Source of the DNA: the human T2T-CHM13v2.0 reference genome, Homo sapiens
Assembly (NCBI RefSeq): GCF_009914755.1
Contig: NC_060929.1
Reading direction: 5' to 3' (one strand)
Length of the DNA stretch: 64,000 bases
Both the position numbers and the translations under genes were made by a program. Shown here piece by piece: positions 56,447 to 64,000 of this stretch; position 1 is the first letter of the stretch; every line of letters starts with the position of its first letter. Under the pieces are notes generated by a model that saw only the letters and a program-made list of their open reading frames with translations, was not told the origin of the DNA and did no database searches.

Positions 56447-56671
56447 GAGTTCGAGACCAGCCTGGCCAACATGGCGAAATCCTGTCTCTACTAAAAATGC
56501 AAAAATTAGCCGGGCATGGGGGCGCATACCTGTAGTCCCAGCTACTCAGGAGGCTGAGGCAGGAGGATTGCTTGAACCTAGGAGGCGGCAGTTGCAGTGA
56601 GCCAAGATTGCGACATTGCACTCCAGCCTGGGTGACTCTGTCTCCAAAAAAAAAAAAAAAAAAAAAAAAAA
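56447..56671 (+). mobile_element. 5'-truncated AluS
   Basis: Starts at the B-box GAGTTCGAGACCAGCC; right arm and long A tail. Confidence 0.92.
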
Positions 56672-59600
56672 CGAGAAGGGGTTGCCTTAACTATTTTACA
56701 AAAATGTAAATATAAAGAGGAAAAATGTGGTTTCGAGCACCTTCAATGAGCACTTTGACCCTGGTGTCAAAATATCACTAGCAGGAGAAATGGGGAAATA
56801 CAGAAGGTGAAAAACTCCAAGGGCAGCCCTAATGCAAGCTTTTATGGAGAAAATATTAGTGTTATTTTTTATCATGGGAATGTTATAGGAAAACATCCTA
56901 CTGTATGTGAACATATATATTGTCATAGAAAACTGATAACCAAGAGATAACTACTTTTCAACTTTAGTTGTCCAATGGCAGACCCTCAGGTCAAACAGGT
57001 CTCCCAAGCAGGTAACAAACCAAGGGAGAAATGAGTGCTTTGCAGAGTACACAAGGCTTCAGAGCTCAAGGTGGACACAGATGCAGCCTAACAGCAGTGA
57101 AATCAGCATTAAAAAGGAGACAAATATAGATTTTCTTAAAACAGCATGCACTGAATTTCAAGGGTTTTAAAATTCATACTTATTTTACAAACTGTGTTCT
57201 GCAGGTTCAATGGACTGCATTATAATAAGTGGATAGATTCCTTAAAAATGTATGCATTAAATTTATTATCCCTCCCCGATAGTAGAAAATTGAAAGTGTA
57301 AATTAAAATCTTTAGTACGAATTAAAATTAATTTACTCTTTCCTCTGCTCAATACCTGCATACTGATTGCTTATTGTGTAACAAGCCTGGGACAAATTGT
57401 GTGGCCACCTCATCTAATCAATAACTGAGTTTGGATTATTTTACCTTCCTGTCTCTCCCTTCAATGTATCTCCCACATGGTCTGACAATTCATACTTTTC
57501 ATAGTTTGGACCTTCATGATTTCTCTTCTTTATTGCCACCGTTACTTCCTACCTGGATGTTCTGTATCAAATGCTAGACCGTGCCTCCCCAAGACATGCA
57601 CATACACATGTACACACACATGTACCCACCCAGAAACACACACTTCTTTACACATGCACACACTCATTCACACTGCATTCTCCCTATGAAAACAAATATG
57701 AAGCTGCTAAACATCTAAAATCAGAGCATTGTCTGAGCATTGGATTGGATCCCTTCATTGCCCATCTTGGATTCAGGACAGTTTCCTAGCTGGTCAAAGA
57801 ACGAGCTTGCCTGTCTCTGGTTCTGCTTCCCACCTCTCCTGGCTGAGCCTTCCCTGTGTCCTGCGGCATGTGCTCCGTGGCTCCTGCCTCACCTGTTCTC
57901 ACCGCTTCCCCGCCTGCATCAGTTCCTCACAGTTTCTCTATCAGGGCAGGTTAGAGCTGGCTGCAAACACTGAGGCAAACAGCAGTGGCTTAGACAATAC
58001 AGAATCCATTATTCTCTCATCAGAAGGGAGATCTGCACCTTTCCTGTAGCTCTAGCTGGATTTTCAGAGGGAATAAACCTAGCTCCAGTTCAACAATTTT
58101 TACCTGGAAGCTGTCAGAACTTCCTTATACTCATTCTCCCCTGTCAGTCTTGGAAAGAGTGAGGGCTGTGATAGCACCTTAATTGTACTGCAGAGACAAA
58201 GAAGCAGGCAGCCTCCAGATGCTTTTCTGTTTACTGCCTGTTTCTTCTACTCAGAATTTCGAAAAGGGAAAAAGGAAAGGCCCCTGATCAACAAGGCATG
58301 GAGAAGAATCCATATAAACGAAGAGAGGAGAGAGAGGACGATGACTGCGTGCCCACCTTAGGGTCCCCAGGCTGGGAGCCAGACAGGAGGACACTAGCTG
58401 GGTGGGGTGGCCAGAGGAGGTGGGGTGGGCAGGGCGGCACTGCAGCAGGCAGCCTGTGTCATCACCTGGACCTGGGAATGTGAAAGCACCTTTCACTCTG
58501 CAGAGAAGCACAGTACCCCGCACATGGCGATCGATGTCCTCGCTCCTCAGAGGCAAGTACATTCCTGTACCTCACTCAGCAGAGGATGCTCGCCCACCCA
58601 CACTGCCCCTGTGGCCAAAGAAAAAGGTCCCTGAAAACCATGAGGGCAGATGTGCTTGCCCAGGTGGCCTTCCCATGGGGTTCCAGGGACCTGGGGTCTT
58701 CTCCTCTTGCGGCTGCCTCACCTCTTGGCCAACAGAGTCCTCTGCAGGAGCCTGTGCATCCAGCTGATGGAGGAGCGTGTGCAGATGGCCACACAGGAAG
58801 CTTCCAGGAGTCAGGCCCGGAGGCAGCCCAGGCCTCCACTGACCACGACCCAGTCCCCACCACCACCGTGAACTCCCCAGGAGTGGGAAGTGTCGACTAG
58901 CTCTGTGCCCTGCAGAAAAGGGAGATGGGCCTGGACAACATCTCCTGTTTCCCCGCCATAAGAGAGAAACTCCCTTTCTCCTTCTCTTATTTTGAACAGA
59001 CAGGACCCTAGAAAATGAAGACAGCAAGTGGAGATGTTCAAAGCAATGTGTAGAATGTAGTCACTGAAAAAACTGTAACCTCTGAATGAAAAGACATTTG
59101 GGAGAAAGAGAAGCTAGAAAAATAGCAAAAGAAACAGTAACAAAGAAAGGTGAACATCTTTAAATTAGAATCAAATCCATAGATCTTATTTTATTAAGAA
59201 AAATTATATTAAGATAAACAATTTTGCTGACCTATTTAACCTACGCTTCACAAATTATCTTATTTGATAAAAAATTATTTGGAGCCAAACAAAGGCTCTA
59301 GATATTTGCAAGTGAGTTCTCATGGCTATGGGTAGAACAAATGCGTGAAAACACGGACTGGAATTATTCCTTCCTGGAATAATTGTATTTTAACTTCTCC
59401 AGAATGCTGACAGAGCACTTCAGAATTGGGCAATTTAAAACGATACATGGGTTTTGCCCATTTCTTAATGATGCTTAAAATGATGCAGAAAACGATGCGA
59501 AAGCACTGGAAAGGAATACACACGTGAGCCCAGGCTTAGGGAAGCATAAAGCCTCCTGGCAGCCCGCACTGTGTTAGTCATTGTGACCCTGCCGCCTTTG

Positions 59601-61087
59601 TCCACAAGGATGGCTTGGGTGGCTCGGGGCCACCAGGCCATGTGGTTTGAGTTGCCTCCCACTGGGAGTGATGGATTTGAACTGGTCCGGCCACAATCTC
59701 CCACCCAGTCCCCCTTGTGGCCAAAGGCATGTGTTTGTGAGAGAGCTGGATGTTGTCAGGGGTGAAAGGGGTGATCACGAAACAGAGCAAAAAACAAAAA
59801 ACGGTCAGCGCGGCAACGACTCCCAAGGCACTGGCCTTCTCTATGGCGTGTGCTCACCAACTGTGCCAGAGCCTCTCTTGCCTGGAGCCTGAGAATAGAG
59901 GCCACCACACAGGCCACTGGCATGATGACAACTGCAGCCATAAAGGCTTGCTGTTGCTGTACAGAGACACCGCAAAACATGTTCTCAGGGAAATGAGGAT
60001 TTCAGCACAACGAGAAAGAAAAGTGAGACTTCACTGTAGCATAACCCTGAAATTAATACTAAGTTAATGTAAACATTACTTTCTGAAGTTTATTCAGCTT
60101 TTGCTGATTTCTCAGGGCACTAACAGGAAGACAGAAAAAGATCAATACTTTGTTTGAAATATATTCTATTCCAAACATCTCCATACAATGAAAATTGTGT
60201 CTTATTCTTCAAATAAAGGTGATATATCAGAAAGTAAATCTATAAAAATTGCCAGCCCAGTGGAATCCAGAATCTGCATGAAGTGTATCTTTTTTTTTTT
60301 TAACTATGTCAAACAAAATTTAAAAACAGCTTGACATTTCCTAAATATGTTTAAAGAAATCATAATTTCAGGGCAGAAGGGAGCAGATGGCTGCAAACAC
60401 TGTAGGAACTTAGAGAGACCGAAGGAGGTTTAAAGCCATATTTGACAGAAAACTAAAGGAAGAAATCTTTCCTCCCCTTCTTCATCCTGGACTATTTTCA
60501 AAATAGTGAATTATTTTCTGAATATGCATTCCCCATTCAGAGCCATGGAAAAAGGCCAAGGAAGAACCTGCCAAGGCATGAGATTAGCAACACAACCCAT
60601 GGAGATTTATTGCACATAAAAGATAGGGAAGTAAGACAACAGATTCCAAGGCAACAGATATTCTCACATAAATTAAGTGCTTTTAAAATGTAAGGTGCTC
60701 TTTCACTGATGTGTCTTAACATAATTTGGGTTAATTTAAAGACAAAACAACTTCATCATCAAAAACAGCCACAATAAAAAATGTTTTATTGATAAACCAT
60801 CTGCTGTTTACCAAGGCATGGTAAAACCTCTGTAGACATCTCACCTAGATAATTTTCAATAAACATTGAGATCACTGTTATGGCTACACATGCTTATAAG
60901 AGCCTAATTCAGTATATTAATTGAAGTTATAGTTATCACTTGGTAGTGTCTCAGCATTATTGTTCAGGGACTGTCTGCATGCCGACAGAACTCTTGCTGG
61001 AGCCTGGGACCCAAAACCCCAGGGAAAAAAGCACTGAGGAGGGCAAGTTCAATATACACGACCATTTTCTTCTCATGTTAGTCTCTG

Positions 61088-61396
61088 GCAGAGTTCGGTA
61101 AGAAAAATTCTTGCGTTTGTCAGGTCCACAAACAAGGAATGGGTTTTACACATTTCAATGTTTTTCTAAAAAATCAAAAGAAAAATAATGTTTTGTGATA
61201 CATGAATATTATATGACATTCAAAGTTCAGAGTCCATAAATATATTTTCTTGGAACACAGCCATGTCCTTTCATTTACACATAGCTGTGGCTGCTTGCCT
61301 GCCACCTGCAGAGCTGCAGCAGAGACCACACCGCCCTTGAAGCTGAAAATCTCCATCATCTGGCCCATTACAGGAAAATCTGCTGATTGAGGCCTG
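61088..61396 (+). mobile_element. MER58B hAT-Charlie MITE
   Basis: AAAATCAAAAGAAAAATAATGTTTTGTGATACATG...TTGGAACACAGCCATG...ATCTGGCCCATTACAGGAAA. Confidence 0.75.
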
Positions 61397-62414
61397 GTGC
61401 TTATTAAAGGAGTGGAAGGTGAGCCGCTTGCAGTTCCTAACGACTGTCTGGTCCCAGTGGAAGGCTTGGACTGTTCTGTCCTGCCCTGTCCTTCTGCCTG
61501 AAGGAGCACCTCAAGGGGAACTCAGCAGGTGGGTTAGAATGGGGTCCAATTGGAATGGGGAAGAAAGCCAGGGGGTGGAGATTGTATTGCCTGCGACGTG
61601 TTCATGTTGTATAAAACTACAATAGCACTTACCTACCAGAAGTCAAGGCAGGGACCCTTTCCTTATTTCCCCAGCATTTGACACAATTGCCAATAATAAT
61701 ATCAAACTTGCAAACCACAGCATTAGAACTTGTTGAGTCATGGAATCAAGAAGAAGGTTTGTCATATACATCCTGTTAAGACATAGAATTGTCCCAACAG
61801 AGACCTGGACTCTGAGGCTAAAATTGCAGGTGCCAGGAATCAGAAGATCCGAAGATTCTCAAAGCAATGCATGTTGGCACCACTTCATGAAAAAAAGATA
61901 CTTCTCCTTCATAGAAATCAAATAGCAAAAATTAGGAGGTAAAAGCACAGGGCACACATCCTGAACACGAATTTAATACTAAAAATCACAAAGACACTCT
62001 TGTAGAGGTTCATGCTGAATGGAAGGCAGTCACTGACTGCATTTGCTATCAGACGTGGTGGCTGCTTGCACTCCTCTTTGCATGGAAATGTCACTGGAGT
62101 CCCAGTGAGGTCTGACTGATGGGGCCCAGCCACAGAAGCCACTATGAGGGGAGGCACAGTTTCTAGAATGTACACTCTGCCCTTACTGTAGGTATGGGTG
62201 ACAGAAAGGACTGCCCAGCCTGTCTGCTTCACTGACTCCCAACCCAGGCAGTCTAAAGCAAAGCCAGTAGATTACAGGCTCCAGGACAGCACCAGACCTT
62301 CCCTCCTTCCCTTCCTGCTGGCACATGTACTCCAAACATATCAAAACTGAGAATCAATAAGACTGTGGCAAAGAGCGAAAACACTCAGATCAGGCAGCTT
62401 TTGCTCTGGAAGTC

Positions 62415-62641
62415 CTCACTGCACAGTCCCTTCCAGGCTCAAGCAAGCCTTCTGCCTCAGCTTCCTGAGTAGCTGGGATTACAGGCATGCACAACCATGC
62501 CCAGCTATCTTTTTTCTTTTTGTAGAGATGAAGTCTTGTTACGTTGCCCAGGCTGGTCTCAAGTTCCTGACCTTAAGTGGTCTTCCCACTTTGGCTTCCC
62601 AAAGTGTTGGGATTGCAGTGATGAGCTACTGTGCCCCACCA
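62415..62641 (-). mobile_element. Partial AluJ
   Basis: Antisense left arm and part of the right arm (CAGGCTCAAGC...TGTAGAGATG...CCCAAAGTGTTGGGATT); the tail end is missing. Confidence 0.85.
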
Positions 62642-62896
62642 GCTTTTAGTCATGAATAATTTTCTTTGGAGAGAAATAAGCAAGTGTGGGCCCCAGGGTG
62701 TGCCATGTCAGTCAGCCTATCACAATGCTGAGTGGAGCGTGAAGAGGCTGTTCATCCTACTTCAGGGCATGGAGGAGCTGAATGGCCCTCAGTGGAAATG
62801 ATAAGGAAGCAACTGTGAGCAGATGACCTTATTACACATTGGGGTGAAGGGTCAAAGTACTACTTCGCCATGGAACGGAGGCTGAGTCAGGAGATT

Positions 62897-63259
62897 TGTA
62901 TTAGTTTATTCTCATGCTGCTATGAAGAACTGCTTGAGACTGGGTAAGTTATATAGGAAAGAGGTTTAATTGACTCACAGTTCCGCAGGACGGGGGTGGC
63001 CTCAGGAAACTTACAATCATGGCAGAAGGCACCACTTCACAGGGCGGCAGGAGAGAGAATGAGGGCCAAGCAAAGGAGAAAAGCCCCTTATGAAGCCATC
63101 AGATCTTGTGAGAACTCAGTCACTATCATGAGAACAGTGTGGGGGTAACTGCCCTCATAATTCAGTTACCTCCTACTGGGTCCCTCCCACAGCATGTGGG
63201 GATTATGGGAACTACAATTCAATATGAGATTTTAATGAGGACACATCCAAACAATATAA
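62897..63259 (-). mobile_element. THE1C/D-like 3' LTR
   Basis: TGTATTAGT...GAGGTTTAATTGACTCACAGTTCC...GGCCTCAGGAAACTTACAATCATGGCAGAAGGC; abuts the polypurine tract of the internal region. Confidence 0.9.
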
Positions 63260-64000
63260 TTCCACCCCTGGCCCTTCCCAAACCTCATGTCCTCACATTT
63301 CAAAACACAATTATCCCTTTCCAACAGTCTCCCAAATTCTTAGCTCATTCTAGCATTAACCCAAAAGTCCAAGTCCAAAGTCTCATCTGAGACAAGGAAA
63401 GTCCTTTCTGCTTATGAGCCTGTAAAATTGAAAGCAAGTTAGTTACTACCTAGATACAATGAGGAGTACAGGCACTGAGTAAAGACACCCATTCCACATG
63501 GGAGAAATTGGCCAAAACAAAGGGGCTACAGGCCCTGTGCAAGTCTGAAATCCAATAGGACAGTCATTAAACCTCCAAGTTCCAAAGTGATCTCCTTTGA
63601 CTCCATGTCTCACATCCAGGTCATGCTGATGCAAGAGGTGGGCTCCCAAGGCCTTGGGCAGCTCTGCTCCCATAACTTTACAGGGTATAGCCCCCATGCT
63701 GGATGCTTTCATGGACTGGCATTAAGTGTCTGTGGCTTTTCCAGGGGCATGGTGCAAGCTGTTGATGGATCTACTATTCTGGGGTCTGGAGGACAGTGGC
63801 CCTCTGCTCACAGCTCCACCAGGCAGTGCCCCAGTGGGGACTGTGCATGGGGCCTCCAGCCCCATATTTCCCTTCCACACTGCCCTAGCAGAGGTTCTCC
63901 ATGAGGACTCCACCCCTGCAGCAAACATCAGCCTGGACATCCAGGCACATCCATACATTCTCTGAAATCTAGGCGGAGGTTCCCAAACCTCAATTCTTGA
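63260..64000 (-). mobile_element. THE1/MST internal sequence (runs off the window)
   Basis: TTCCACCCCTGGCCC (PPT), CAAAGTCTCATCTGAGACAAGG, CTTTGACTCCATGTCTCACATCCAGGTCA, GGGGTCTGGAGGACAGTGGCCC. Confidence 0.92.

Noticed and set aside
58251-59041. Pile of overlapping ORFs
   Set aside because: Stop-codon scarcity in a GC-rich patch; no frame stands out.
59403-59523. Plus-strand segment bounded by an acceptor and CAC|GTGAGC
   Set aside because: Stops in all three frames, so not a coding exon; no evidence of transcription from sequence alone.

Overview
This is primate (simian, most likely human or great ape) genomic DNA that reads as intergenic or deep intronic. I recognise no protein-coding gene, rRNA, tRNA or CRISPR array. 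The ORF track is largely explained by Alu, L1, LTR and VNTR sequence plus chance GC-rich frames. The window holds eight Alus (S, Y and J families), a full-length but dead L1PA6-like element, several older L1, L2 and MIR fragments, many MaLR/ERV LTRs (MLT1, MST, THE1, MLT2A, MER57, MER74-like), two hAT MITEs (MER1B, MER58B), minisatellites and microsatellites. Four observations are best supported by the sequence: (1) an apparent ~100-bp 3' transduction enclosed by the 15-bp TSD of the full-length L1; (2) an ancient L1 with a twin-priming 5' inversion; (3) a CpG-dense 31-bp VNTR born from a hairpin inside an MLT1A LTR, next to a CpG/G4-rich promoter-like patch; (4) a 58-60-bp VNTR that multiplies the TEAD/MCAT motif. 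Several motif clusters, perfect hairpins and exon-like segments are also noted. I found no convincing new biological system. Repeat subfamily names come from recalled consensus sequences and need RepeatMasker/Dfam confirmation.
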